A DNA stretch of 48,386 bases, from positions 1 to 48,386 of the IMG/VR virus record IMGVR_UViG_3300032305_002231; one strand, 5' to 3'. Below the pieces are notes generated by a model, which was not told the origin of the DNA, did not search any database, and was given only the letters and a program-made list of their open reading frames with translations. Below, one piece after another: positions 35,971 through 45,275 of the stretch (position 1 is the stretch's first letter; each line of letters starts with the position of its first letter). This DNA is from a virus (lineage: Duplodnaviria > Caudoviricetes). Position numbers and translations under genes: made by a program.

Positions 35971-36942
35971 TTAAGCAGTAACAAGATCAGGTGATTTTTC
36001 TGCATACTCAATTGCAAGCTTCATGGCATCAATCTTGACCTGACGGTTCTTACCGTACCATGCAGAGGCAAGACGTGTGTTGTCAGAACGTCCAATCTGA
36101 TGGTCAATAAGATAGGTACAAGAGTTAAAAGCTTGCCACCATGAACCTTCTGCAAAGTTTGCTCCGGGTTGTGCTTCAAGAGCATTCAAAGCAGCATTGG
36201 CATTCTTGGAAGTCTTCTTTTCAGTCTTGGAATTGAGAATTGGAAACACCCTCTGGAAATATTCCACGATATCTTCCTTTTCTGCCTTCTTAGAACCAAT
36301 AAAAGACGCTGATTCCTTGTAGGTTCCAAGCTTTGACTTGGCAATACCAAGAAGTTCCTTGACCTGTGAAGAATCAAACTGCTTACGATGCGTTACCTTA
36401 ACAATGTTCTTGGACTTGTGATCCATAGCCATTGTGAAAGTGTTATGGCAAACAACACGTACAGGGTTAAATTGAACTGATGTTGAGAAACCATACTTAT
36501 GAATGTTGGAGAAAAGAAGGTAAGAATCCACCTTATCACCACCAAAAAGTTCAAAAGAGTCATTCACCTTGGCAAGAAAGAAAACAATCTGACCACCCTT
36601 AAGTGAACCTGCAGTTTCCATTGACATGGAACCTTCTTCAATAAACTGATTGAAGAATTCTGCTGCTTCTGAATTCTGAACTTCCTTCCAATCAGTAGGA
36701 ACTTCAGCAAGAATGGTATTATCGTCTTCACGTACAAGAAGACCATGATCCATCATAATACGCTTACCAGCAACTTCTGCATAAGCTGGAATCTTCTTAA
36801 CCTTCCAATCAAGGCTGGCAGCATTCAGCATCTGTTCAGGGGTAAGATCAGAAGGTACATGCTTCCCAAGACCATGCCATGTAGGAAGACCTGCATAAGC
36901 AAAAGAATGGGCACCGTTCTTAAATTCAATTTCATGTGACAT
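35971..36942 (-). CDS. DUF932/DUF945-family protein
   Basis: MSHE.E...WHGLG, LDW.V, VQN, ETAGSL.GG, YLL, P.RVVC.NT, W.A.N..T...DH; AAGGAG RBS. Confidence 0.85.
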   Translation of the reverse strand: MSHEIEFKNGAHSFAYAGLPTWHGLGKHVPSDLTPEQMLNAASLDWKVKKIPAYAEVAGKRIMMDHGLLVREDDNTILAEVPTDWKEVQNSEAAEFFNQFIEEGSMSMETAGSLKGGQIVFFLAKVNDSFELFGGDKVDSYLLFSNIHKYGFSTSVQFNPVRVVCHNTFTMAMDHKSKNIVKVTHRKQFDSSQVKELLGIAKSKLGTYKESASFIGSKKAEKEDIVEYFQRVFPILNSKTEKKTSKNANAALNALEAQPGANFAEGSWWQAFNSCTYLIDHQIGRSDNTRLASAWYGKNRQVKIDAMKLAIEYAEKSPDLVTA

Positions 36943-36983
36943 TTGTTTAACTCCTTTGTTTCGTTTCGTCATTTAGTGAAAAC

Positions 36984-37063
36984 AAGATAGTTGATTTAAA
37001 ATCTAAAGTCAATAAGTTTTTTAAAAATTTTTCCTTGACTTTTCATTTGCGTTCCTGTATACA
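36984..37063. promoter_or_regulatory. back-to-back sigma70-like promoters
   Basis: TTGACT-N17-TATCTT (-) 36984-37012; TTGACT-N17-TATACA (+) 37035-37063. Confidence 0.55.
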
Positions 37064-37092
37064 TAAATACATAAGTACCAAAAGGTTCAAAA

Positions 37093-37602
37093 ATGGCAAA
37101 TTTAAAAAAACTTTCAATAAGAAATGCCACAAAAATCCAAAAGGCTGCTATCAAAAATATTGCGCCTTGGGTAGTTGAACATCTTGTTGGTAAAAAATTG
37201 TCAAAAAATCTTGAAGTAACGATTAAAGTCATAAAAGGGTTAATGGAAACGGAAAAACTGGAAGGTACAACTTCTTGGGAAGATGATAACCATAAACCAC
37301 GTGAATTTACGATTGAAATTGATAAATCTCTTGAAATTGAAGATTTTATCATGACAATGTGTCATGAACTGGTTCATGTAAAACAGTATGCAACAGGAGA
37401 AATGAAAGACTTATTCAAGGGTCCACATAACCTTGTGTGGCGTGGAAACAAGATTAACACTCTTGTTAATAATGTTCCTTATTGGGAACAACCTTGGGAA
37501 ATTGAAGCCTTTGGAAGAGAACAAGGCTTATATGTTATGTGGAAGGAAGCAAATCACTTGAAAGATTGTGAAAGTTTTGAAAAATGTTTAAAGTTTCTTT
37601 AA
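37093..37602 (+). CDS. HExxH zinc metallopeptidase-like protein
   Basis: PREF.IEI, CHELVHVKQY, Y..QPWEIEA. Confidence 0.8.
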   Translation: MANLKKLSIRNATKIQKAAIKNIAPWVVEHLVGKKLSKNLEVTIKVIKGLMETEKLEGTTSWEDDNHKPREFTIEIDKSLEIEDFIMTMCHELVHVKQYATGEMKDLFKGPHNLVWRGNKINTLVNNVPYWEQPWEIEAFGREQGLYVMWKEANHLKDCESFEKCLKFL

Positions 37603-38233
37603 CATAATTCTTGGTTTCTTTCACAAAAACCTGTGCATTTTCCACACCATCTGTTCCAATAATAATAACAATTCTTGGAATAACAATCTTGTGAATTTCA
37701 TAGACCATTAGGGCATAACAAGTTACCTGATAAAAATACTTGTCAATCCATTCTTCTTTTTTATATTTCATGGATGTTTTAAAATCTACAACTGATGGTA
37801 CACCATCAAAGTGACAAAGAACGTCACATGTTCCTGCAGTTTTCATACGATCTGAGTAGACTTGAAATTCTGTATTGTTAACAATTTTTATATTTTTGTC
37901 AACCACCTTTTTAATTTTCATAAAGGGATCAAGCACTTCTGGTGGTAAGTTCTTTTCTTCTATCTCATCATTTTTCAGATATTTCATAAGATATTCTTCA
38001 CATACAGCATGTACGTGTGTGCCTCTGGCACCAGCAAATTTTAGAATTCTATCTGCTTCTTCATCTCCAACTCTTTCTCTCCAATCTATCAAAGCTTGTT
38101 TTGATAACATATGAGAAAGAACTGTAGTTACAGAATGGTATTCGTTTCCTTTAGGTGTCTTATAGAAACGAATACCATTAGGATGTGTAATTTGTTCTAG
38201 TTTTTCAAATTCATAAGGCTTGTGTATAAACAT
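37535..38233 (-). CDS. PD-(D/E)xK exonuclease
   Basis: RFY.TP.G..Y.SVTTVL, WR.RVG, RGT..H, AGT.D, DFKTS, Q...YA. Confidence 0.88.
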   Translation of the reverse strand: MFIHKPYEFEKLEQITHPNGIRFYKTPKGNEYHSVTTVLSHMLSKQALIDWRERVGDEEADRILKFAGARGTHVHAVCEEYLMKYLKNDEIEEKNLPPEVLDPFMKIKKVVDKNIKIVNNTEFQVYSDRMKTAGTCDVLCHFDGVPSVVDFKTSMKYKKEEWIDKYFYQVTCYALMVYEIHKIVIPRIVIIIGTDGVENAQVFVKETKNYVKETLNIFQNFHNLSSDLLPST

Positions 38234-38251
38234 AATATAAATCTTTCACGT

Positions 38252-38527
38252 TTACTTGTTAATATAATCTAGTATTTTGGAAACCATTCCTTTTTTAAGA
38301 ACTTCTCCAGTTTTTTTATGCACAATATCATCATGGTGATGATCAGATATTCCTGTATCATTGCCATTATGTCGTAAATGGTAATAACCATTCTCCACAT
38401 GAACAGAATGACCTGAACCATCTTCAGCATGATCACCTTTATTTTTCCATCCTAATGTACTTGCAATAGTACCAATAACACTTTTTCTATGTTGACTTTC
38501 AAATAAATTTGTTTTAAACTGATACAT
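38252..38527 (-). CDS. small His-rich protein, candidate internal head protein
   Basis: Starts MYQFKTNLFES; similar to the MYRFKSN N-terminus of 16791..18203. Confidence 0.55.
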   Translation of the reverse strand: MYQFKTNLFESQHRKSVIGTIASTLGWKNKGDHAEDGSGHSVHVENGYYHLRHNGNDTGISDHHHDDIVHKKTGEVLKKGMVSKILDYINK

Positions 38528-39289
38528 TTAATCCCTCAATAGTGGTATATTATTCTGGTTTTCTACTTTATTTCTTGCTATTATATATTCTTTCACTAGA
38601 CCAGACCTTACGATATCTTCAATTCCAAACTCTACCATAGAGAAAGAATTCATTTTCTTGAAGATTTTGACAAAAAGTCCAAATCCTGTTTTTTCTTTCT
38701 TCAAATCATTCTGTGACAAATCACCACACAGAACAATCTTTGATCCTTTACCAACTCTAGTCATTACAGAATGTAATTCTTCTTCTGTAAAGTTCTGTAT
38801 TTCATCCACAATAATGATTGTATTATCAAGAGTGATACCTCTTACATATGAGGTAGTCATGAATTCCACTATATGCTTATTTTTCAGGATTGTATAGGCA
38901 TCATCTCTATTATAAAGATTGCCCATGATTTGATGGTAAGGCTGTTCAAAGTATGATGATTTTTCTTTCATATTACCCGGCATAAATCCAAGATCACGGG
39001 ACGGAACTGCTGATCTAATAATCACTATTTTATTATGTTTTTGATTTTCGTAGATATCTTTTAGTGCCAAATATATTGACAGAAAGGTTTTACCTGTTCC
39101 TGCTGTTCCATAGAGAATTAGATTTTTTCCTTTATAATATTCTTCAAAGGCTTCACATTGTTTGTCTGTTAATGGTTGAATTTCTTTCAGAGAAAAATGA
39201 TCTTTCAAAGGTATGACATTATCTTTCCATGCAGTCTGGTGTCTTGCTTTTTTTGATGCTTTTCTTTCTTCTCTAGATTTTTTACTCAA
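38528..39289 (-). CDS. phoH: PhoH-like ATPase
   Basis: G.AGTGKTFL, IIRS.VP.RD.GF.PG, TS..RG.T, VDE.QN, TRVG, GD..Q.DL, DIVRSGLVK; TTG start after AAGGAG. Confidence 0.95.
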   Translation of the reverse strand: MSKKSREERKASKKARHQTAWKDNVIPLKDHFSLKEIQPLTDKQCEAFEEYYKGKNLILYGTAGTGKTFLSIYLALKDIYENQKHNKIVIIRSAVPSRDLGFMPGNMKEKSSYFEQPYHQIMGNLYNRDDAYTILKNKHIVEFMTTSYVRGITLDNTIIIVDEIQNFTEEELHSVMTRVGKGSKIVLCGDLSQNDLKKEKTGFGLFVKIFKKMNSFSMVEFGIEDIVRSGLVKEYIIARNKVENQNNIPLLRD

Positions 39290-39325
39290 AGAAATCTCCT
39301 TTGTATTAAATTGAAAAAACATAAT

Positions 39326-41044
39326 CTATTTCTTTTTTTTGTTCTCCTTATGGTTGTGGTACATGGTGTCTAATCCTGCTATACGATAATCTTTATTTCT
39401 ACCTTTGTTTTCCACAAAGCCATGACTTTTATAAAAGTCAACAAGTTGTTCGCTTTTTGTGGAGTTGTCCAAAGGTACAGCATTCAAAATAATTTTGACT
39501 TTATTTTTGTTGGAATATTTTTTGATATCTGATACCACGTTAGAAGCTATTCCTTGGTTTCTAAGTTCTTTTGGAACTATAAGTGTCTGAAGGTTTACAT
39601 GCCCTTCTGGTGTCCAATACATTTCCACATGAGCACCATGTTTGTCAATAAGATGTTGAGAAAATTCTTCTAAATCTTTTGTATGGTAAATTTCATCATT
39701 ATCGTCTTTGACACGTTCTTTAATAGTTACTTTTTGTAATCTACCAGAACCAGCACCACTACATCTATGACCACTACATTGTGTTATTTTCATGTCATCT
39801 GCAATATAACGAGCAACATGTCTAACAACTGCAGGACCAAGTTTCCCCATATCATTACCACCAACATTCATACGTGCTAATTCTGGATTTTTAAAATATT
39901 TTGTAGCATGAACATGAACAGGATGTTCCAAATTTGGATGAAAAATTTTATAAGAATGTTGTACCATATCATCATCAAAATGTACGTGTATTTTTTTTAT
40001 TTGAAGTCCTTCAACAGATTCTCTAATTTTAATTTTTACTGATGCTGGACTGTTTTTTCTTGATCCGCCCATTCTATTACCCATGAACGTTTCTACACCC
40101 AAATCTTTTTTCATAAATCTTGCAATTTTCCTTGCTTCCACCGTTCCAATTTTATTATAATCTTCATCATGATTACCAGCAATATTGATTAATGCTGAGT
40201 TGGGCCACTTTGCCATTTTGGTTGCAGTAATTCCTACAGGACGTTTTATATTTGGATGTCTCAATTCATAATCATGATCTTCCCACTCAGCACTTTTATC
40301 AGCACCAATTTTTATAAGAGTAGTTTTTCCAAACTTGTGTTCTTCAGCTTCTCTTAACATATCTATTGATTGCATTCTTCCCGGACCTGCGCCAGTTTCT
40401 CTTTTACCAACAAATTTAGTGATGCCAGTGACTTGTCTGATATGGTTCATTACGTGTCTAACAGCAGCAGGACCAAGTTTACCGGGATCATTGCCACCAA
40501 CTTCTATTTCACCTTCCCATTTTTTGTTTCTGTGTTGAATAGTATTCACATATATTCTTTTATGTCCAAGTTTTGGATGTTCCACAAAAAAGGTATGGAA
40601 AATTTGTTTACCAACATCAGTTTTTCCTTCATGATAAATTTCCAAACCTTCAACATTTGATTCTTTGATTGGTATAGATACTCTGGATGGTCCCTTTCCA
40701 GATTTAACTCTTGCACCAGTTGTTCTAAGACCAGAATAAACTTTTACACCAAGATCATTAGAAATTTGTCTTGCAATATGTCTAATATTTACAGTGCCAA
40801 CTTTATTGGCATCTTCTTTATTTCCAGATATGGTAATAGAGGCAGTACCGGGATATCTAGTATCTTTAGTTGCAATTATACCAACATTTCTTGGTAATGC
40901 AGGATGATATAATCTATAATGGTGGTCTTCCCATTCACTTGCTGGCATATTAGGACTTTTTTCAAATCGTCCTCTATCAACTTTCCCTTTAGTTAATTCT
41001 GCTTTTTGATTAGATTCTTCTAAACTAGAAGGTGTTGATGCCAT
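39326..41044 (-). CDS. polyprotein: four related ~100 aa repeats (ABAB) plus a C-terminal GNAT acetyltransferase domain
   Basis: Repeats share H.(Y/F)...HP, G...R..A, G.R..G; each ends in [IL]-x-E; GNAT motifs VPKELRNQGIAS and LVDFYKSHGF. Confidence 0.75.
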   Translation of the reverse strand: MASTPSSLEESNQKAELTKGKVDRGRFEKSPNMPASEWEDHHYRLYHPALPRNVGIIATKDTRYPGTASITISGNKEDANKVGTVNIRHIARQISNDLGVKVYSGLRTTGARVKSGKGPSRVSIPIKESNVEGLEIYHEGKTDVGKQIFHTFFVEHPKLGHKRIYVNTIQHRNKKWEGEIEVGGNDPGKLGPAAVRHVMNHIRQVTGITKFVGKRETGAGPGRMQSIDMLREAEEHKFGKTTLIKIGADKSAEWEDHDYELRHPNIKRPVGITATKMAKWPNSALINIAGNHDEDYNKIGTVEARKIARFMKKDLGVETFMGNRMGGSRKNSPASVKIKIRESVEGLQIKKIHVHFDDDMVQHSYKIFHPNLEHPVHVHATKYFKNPELARMNVGGNDMGKLGPAVVRHVARYIADDMKITQCSGHRCSGAGSGRLQKVTIKERVKDDNDEIYHTKDLEEFSQHLIDKHGAHVEMYWTPEGHVNLQTLIVPKELRNQGIASNVVSDIKKYSNKNKVKIILNAVPLDNSTKSEQLVDFYKSHGFVENKGRNKDYRIAGLDTMYHNHKENKKKK

Positions 41045-41273
41045 TTTTGTTTCTGTATGATTTGGTGTTTTTCTTGATGTTCTTTAACAAATCTCTGAAA
41101 CCAGCATCTGGTTTTTTTATGCCTAATCTTACAGAATCAAGGTTGGCTGGAGCGGATATATATTCCTGCTTAATATGAGGATTGTTTTGAAGATAGATTT
41201 CTTTTTCAGAAATAGACATCATGTCTTCAAAAGTTTCGTTAGTCTGTTCATTAAAAAAAGTGTAGAAAGGCAT
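41025..41273 (-). CDS. conserved T4-like hypothetical protein (MP.Y.F.N..T.E...MSISE...YL..NP)
   Basis: Recognisable motif set; TATAAATA upstream at 41300-41307. Confidence 0.75.
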   Translation of the reverse strand: MPFYTFFNEQTNETFEDMMSISEKEIYLQNNPHIKQEYISAPANLDSVRLGIKKPDAGFRDLLKNIKKNTKSYRNKNGINTF

Positions 41274-41299
41274 GTTTCATACTCACGTTGTCTTTCTAC

Positions 41300-41307
41300 T
41301 ATTTATA
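41300..41307 (-). promoter_or_regulatory. T4-type late promoter
   Basis: TATAAATA heading the run 41273, GNAT polyprotein, phoH. Confidence 0.65.
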
Positions 41308-41495
41308 AGATCACCTGTTCAAAAAGAGTAACTTGAAAATAAAATAAAATCCTGTAGCATTAGCTACCACAATAAAAGAAACAGTCAAAGCCATAAGAAA
41401 AACTATAATTGCTTCCAACATTTTTTTAACCTTTCATAAAGATATGGATAAGTATTTATACAAATATGAAAGTTTTATGAATTATTAAATAAAAT

Positions 41496-41876
41496 TTAAT
41501 CTTCTTCTGGATTTTGTAGGCAACTAGAACACGTCCATTCTGAAATTTCTGGTGAATTTTCTCCACCTTTATGATTTTCATGCTGAAAGAAATGTTCTGC
41601 CCCTTTGTAATCTTCTTCTGTTATGAAAACTTTACCACAACCAACACAAGAAACATAATCTTCTTCTTCCATTGTCCACCCTTCTTCAAATCCTTCATCT
41701 ATAGCATCTAAAATACTATCATCTTCAGGAATGAACGCTTCAATATTTTTTGTTTTCAAAGCTTTTTCAAGAAGTCTTTCATTTCTTCTTGCCATTTTCT
41801 CTTCATGAAGACGAAAGGAATCACCATCGTCTTCATCATATTCGTCCCTTACAAAAGAACGTTTAGTTTTACTCAT
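41496..41876 (-). CDS. acidic hypothetical protein with CxxC...CxxC
   Basis: Probable start MSKTKR at 41876; CVGC and CSSC. Confidence 0.6.
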   Translation of the reverse strand: MSKTKRSFVRDEYDEDDGDSFRLHEEKMARRNERLLEKALKTKNIEAFIPEDDSILDAIDEGFEEGWTMEEEDYVSCVGCGKVFITEEDYKGAEHFFQHENHKGGENSPEISEWTCSSCLQNPEED

Positions 41877-42378
41877 TCGCCTTCTTTGCCTTTCTCTTTG
41901 GTTGAACTTTTGCATCAACTGCCTTTTCTGATTCTGGTTTTTCAAATACCAGATTAGGAAATGCTTTGTTGATAATCTTAGGTGTAACATTAGTATAAAG
42001 ACTTGTCAAGTTTTTATCCTTAACAGCAACCAAAGTTCTTGAATCGTCTGGATCAATTGATTCCAGCAATTCAATAAAAAGCTTTTCTCTTTTAGAATTA
42101 GGCATAGGAGGAGGAGGAGGATTACCACCTTCCACAAACAAATAGAAGCGCCTTAGTTCAGTATAGAGTCTTCCCTGAACATCATTAGCTGCATCTGTAG
42201 ACTTGTATGGAGGAGCGCCTTCAGGCAGTAGCCACCTAACATTTGGGTCATGTGCAAGCTTGAGAAGGATTTTTAGAGTATCATTTTCATTGTTTTTAAG
42301 AATTTGAACTCTTTTGTCTTCTGTATCTGCTTTGTTTGCTTCAGAAAGAATTTCTGAAATACCTTTTTTCATTGACAT
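41869..42378 (-). CDS. conserved T4-like hypothetical protein
   Basis: I.EIL, W.LPEG.PPY, L..E.R..Y.F..GG, RE..FI..LE. Confidence 0.8.
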   Translation of the reverse strand: MSMKKGISEILSEANKADTEDKRVQILKNNENDTLKILLKLAHDPNVRWLLPEGAPPYKSTDAANDVQGRLYTELRRFYLFVEGGNPPPPPMPNSKREKLFIELLESIDPDDSRTLVAVKDKNLTSLYTNVTPKIINKAFPNLVFEKPESEKAVDAKVQPKRKAKKANE

Positions 42379-42381
42379 GTT

Positions 42382-42612
42382 TTATTCCTTTTTATTCGCT
42401 TCTTCTGATTTAGTTTTAAAACTTTCAAGAATAACATCATTTAATTCTTTAATATCACTGATCAAAACATCAACTTTATCACGATCATAATAAATATGAT
42501 CTTCCTGATCAGGTTCATTATTAATACTAACAGAAGTTGTTAAAATATAACCTGTCAAAACACCTTCTCTATCAGTAATATCAGTAACGCTGTAAGCACA
42601 ATTAAAAGTCAT
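42382..42612 (-). CDS. small hypothetical protein
   Basis: 76 aa, overlaps the rnh end, GGAG RBS. Confidence 0.55.
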   Translation of the reverse strand: MTFNCAYSVTDITDREGVLTGYILTTSVSINNEPDQEDHIYYDRDKVDVLISDIKELNDVILESFKTKSEEANKKE

Positions 42613-43459
42613 TTATGTTCTCCATCAAATCTCTAAGCTTGTTGTTCATAAAGTAATTGAAAATTTTTGATTTGTCCATACTATTATTCAGATATTGATG
42701 CATATATTCTGTATTAATATTTTCAACAATATCTTTAGGTATATAGTTAAAATCAATCAAAACCTTGTTTCTTTCAAAGTTTCTGACCATAACAGGATCA
42801 TCAAATTTGTCTTCTGTCAACCACACATCAAGCTTTTTCTGCATGATTGATTTTTGACGTTCACCAATAACAAGACAATTATCTGGTGAAAGAATGTTAG
42901 GAATACCATCACCTTTATCACCACGTATTATGTGTTCTTTGAGATGCTTTTTTACATCATCAATTTTTATGAAACCTTTATTTATAGGATCAAATTGTTC
43001 AATGTTTGGATCATCCAAAAGTTGATTGAAATCTTTATCTCTGGATAAAACCAAAACTTTTTGTTGATTGTTTGCTACTCTTCTTGAAAGAACAGCAATG
43101 ATATCATCAGCCTCTGCTTTATCAATGGTTATGACAAGATAAGGAAAGTTCTCTTGAATTTCGTTCTTAAGGGTGTTGACAGTTTTAAAGAACCAATCCC
43201 AATTAATATTGAAATCGTTTCTTTTTTCTTTACGATTTGCTTTATAATAAGGAAAAAAATCTTTTCTCCATGAGTTAGGAGAATCACAAGCAATAACTAG
43301 ATTTTGCCCATAGATAGGTCTAAATTTTTTATAGTTTGCTCTGATGGTGTTTAGAACTGAATGTTTCACCAAACCTTCTGTTAATTGAAGGTTTGGTGTT
43401 TCAACCATTTGTGATATAATAGTCGCATACGTTATCAAAGAATAATCAACAATAATCAT
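42602..43459 (-). CDS. rnh: T4-type RNase H (5'-3' exonuclease)
   Basis: MIIVD, VIACD..SWRK..FPYYKANR, EADDII, S.DKDF.QL, GDKGDGIPNILS, RN..LID. Confidence 0.95.
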   Translation of the reverse strand: MIIVDYSLITYATIISQMVETPNLQLTEGLVKHSVLNTIRANYKKFRPIYGQNLVIACDSPNSWRKDFFPYYKANRKEKRNDFNINWDWFFKTVNTLKNEIQENFPYLVITIDKAEADDIIAVLSRRVANNQQKVLVLSRDKDFNQLLDDPNIEQFDPINKGFIKIDDVKKHLKEHIIRGDKGDGIPNILSPDNCLVIGERQKSIMQKKLDVWLTEDKFDDPVMVRNFERNKVLIDFNYIPKDIVENINTEYMHQYLNNSMDKSKIFNYFMNNKLRDLMENINDF

Positions 43460-43468
43460 AATTAATCT

Positions 43469-43861
43469 TTATTCTCCATCTTCTACTTTTTCTTCATCTT
43501 CTTTAATAATAAAATTATCCAGTTTCAATCTAATTTCATTCTCTCCAACCTGTTCAAACATGTTTGATGAAACGTTATGCAAAGGATGTTCAAATTCAAA
43601 GGAACGAAATACACCAGATTTAATAGCTTCTGCAATAAGAGCAACGTCTTTCATGAATAGATCAGAATTTTTTTCTTTTACAGTAACGTTAAATTTACTA
43701 AAGTTACTGAAAAGAGAAGTGATCACGTCTTCAATAATGATATCTGCAGTTGCCTTTTTTGCTTCATTAATTATATCATACAATTCATCAAAATTCTGTA
43801 CAGGAGAAATTCTTTTTTCTTTAGGGAAAAATACCACATTATTTTTTTGTGTTGTTTCCAT
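43469..43861 (-). CDS. conserved hypothetical protein (NVV.FP...HPLH)
   Basis: Probable start METTQK at 43861; lies upstream of rnh. Confidence 0.65.
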   Translation of the reverse strand: METTQKNNVVFFPKEKRISPVQNFDELYDIINEAKKATADIIIEDVITSLFSNFSKFNVTVKEKNSDLFMKDVALIAEAIKSGVFRSFEFEHPLHNVSSNMFEQVGENEIRLKLDNFIIKEDEEKVEDGE

Positions 43862-43937
43862 TTTCTGCCTTTCTTTTGTAAGAGCACTCATAATGTAACA
43901 CGTTTTGTTAAATCGTTCAACACAAAAGTATTTATCT

Positions 43938-44924
43938 TTACTGGACCCTATAATGGAAAACCTTTTTCTCTTCCTCAATTTTAGTTGGTTCATCTTTTAA
44001 GGCTGTTAACAGCCCTTCCCACTGTTTTGCACGATATTCCCAATTATAAAAAATATCAGAATATGTTTTCATGGACTCAATTCTGGCTTGCAATTCAGCA
44101 TCCCAATAGTTTGCAATGGTCTGGTCAAGAATATTATAAAACAAACCAGCATGTTTATTTGGGTCTTCATGATACTGGTACATGTAAGTCCAATTAGCAC
44201 TTGTTTCATACAAAGCACCAAGATTAGAGTGTACTGGAAGGCATTTGGCAGACATGGCTTCCATAAGACACAGACAAGATGTTTCTAGCCATATGGAAGG
44301 ATATGCCATGATATGAATGTCTGGTAATTTTGATCTTAGTGTTTTATTATCAACAGAAGCATGGTAAGTGATGCTTGGATGTTCTTTACAAATATCAAAA
44401 AGATTTTCATAGGCTTTATCACGATCAGGCCAACCATAAAGTTGAAATGATGAAAACACATCAAGTTTAAGGTCTGGATACTTTTCCAGAAGCTTAAGAA
44501 AAACAGGAACGAGAATTTCCAATCCTCTATGAGGTGTAGACCAATATCCTAGTCTAATTTCATTCTTTGATTTTTCATGATTAGGAATAGGACGTATTGC
44601 ATTTTGCATAACAACACATCTTTCCCAAGGAATTTTATGATGGTTAATATACTGTTGCATTTGCCAATTAGACACAAAAACAATTTTATGAAAATTTCTC
44701 CAACCACCATTTTCCAAATGCTTGGATTCAGGGTCTTCTGGCAAATCATGACAATAAAGAATTCTTACTTTATTAGGGTTAAGTTCTCTAACCCTTGATG
44801 GAATAATTTGAAATTTGTCAAGAAGTTCTGGATCAAGAGTTGAATAAATTCTTTCCAACATTAATTCTGTACCACCCATAGCACGTACAGACAGTTCATT
44901 AGTTTCAATTTCTGCTTTTGTCAT
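43938..44924 (-). CDS. GT-B (family 4-like) glycosyltransferase
   Basis: GGTE, HD, VFVS.WQ, STP.RGL, YPS...ETSC...MEAM.A, GAL.ET. Confidence 0.88.
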   Translation of the reverse strand: MTKAEIETNELSVRAMGGTELMLERIYSTLDPELLDKFQIIPSRVRELNPNKVRILYCHDLPEDPESKHLENGGWRNFHKIVFVSNWQMQQYINHHKIPWERCVVMQNAIRPIPNHEKSKNEIRLGYWSTPHRGLEILVPVFLKLLEKYPDLKLDVFSSFQLYGWPDRDKAYENLFDICKEHPSITYHASVDNKTLRSKLPDIHIMAYPSIWLETSCLCLMEAMSAKCLPVHSNLGALYETSANWTYMYQYHEDPNKHAGLFYNILDQTIANYWDAELQARIESMKTYSDIFYNWEYRAKQWEGLLTALKDEPTKIEEEKKVFHYRVQ

Positions 44925-44939
44925 TTTTTATCCTTAAGA

Positions 44940-44987
44940 AAAAATTAAAAGAGGGAAGGTGCTAGAGTTGCACTGCTTCCCTCTTTT
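44940..44987 (-). terminator. intrinsic terminator
   Basis: AAAAGAGGGAAG...CTTCCCTCTTTT stem followed by a U-rich tract on the minus strand. Confidence 0.75.
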
Positions 44988-45001
44988 CCCCCCACCCCTT
45001 A

Positions 45002-45214
45002 TTAAGCAGATTTACGGGCGCGCATGTGATACTTAGAAACAACACCATTCTTTGTTTCCCTGCGTGTAGAAAGTACTGAATAACCAGCTTCACGTAGATC
45101 GTTAACAGTTGCTGAAGGATTAGCAATGTTATAACGTGACCTGATCTGTGAATTTGTCAGTTCATCACCACGCTGAAGTGCTTCAAGTAGACGATTCTGT
45201 TTAGTTGTAGCCAT
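45002..45214 (-). CDS. small winged-helix DNA-binding protein
   Basis: LL.AL..G..LT..QI...Y.I.NP.A.V..LR..GY; GGAG RBS; TTGACT-N17-TATATA upstream. Confidence 0.75.
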   Translation of the reverse strand: MATTKQNRLLEALQRGDELTNSQIRSRYNIANPSATVNDLREAGYSVLSTRRETKNGVVSKYHMRARKSA

Positions 45215-45275
45215 ATATGATATACTCCATGTTAAAGTTAAACAATCACCTTCAAAGTGATATTCTATATATACA

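Noticed and set aside
37535-38233. Cas4/CRISPR adaptation gene
   Set aside because: It lacks the C-terminal cysteine cluster, no cas genes or array are nearby, and it matches the usual T4-like exonuclease next to phoH.
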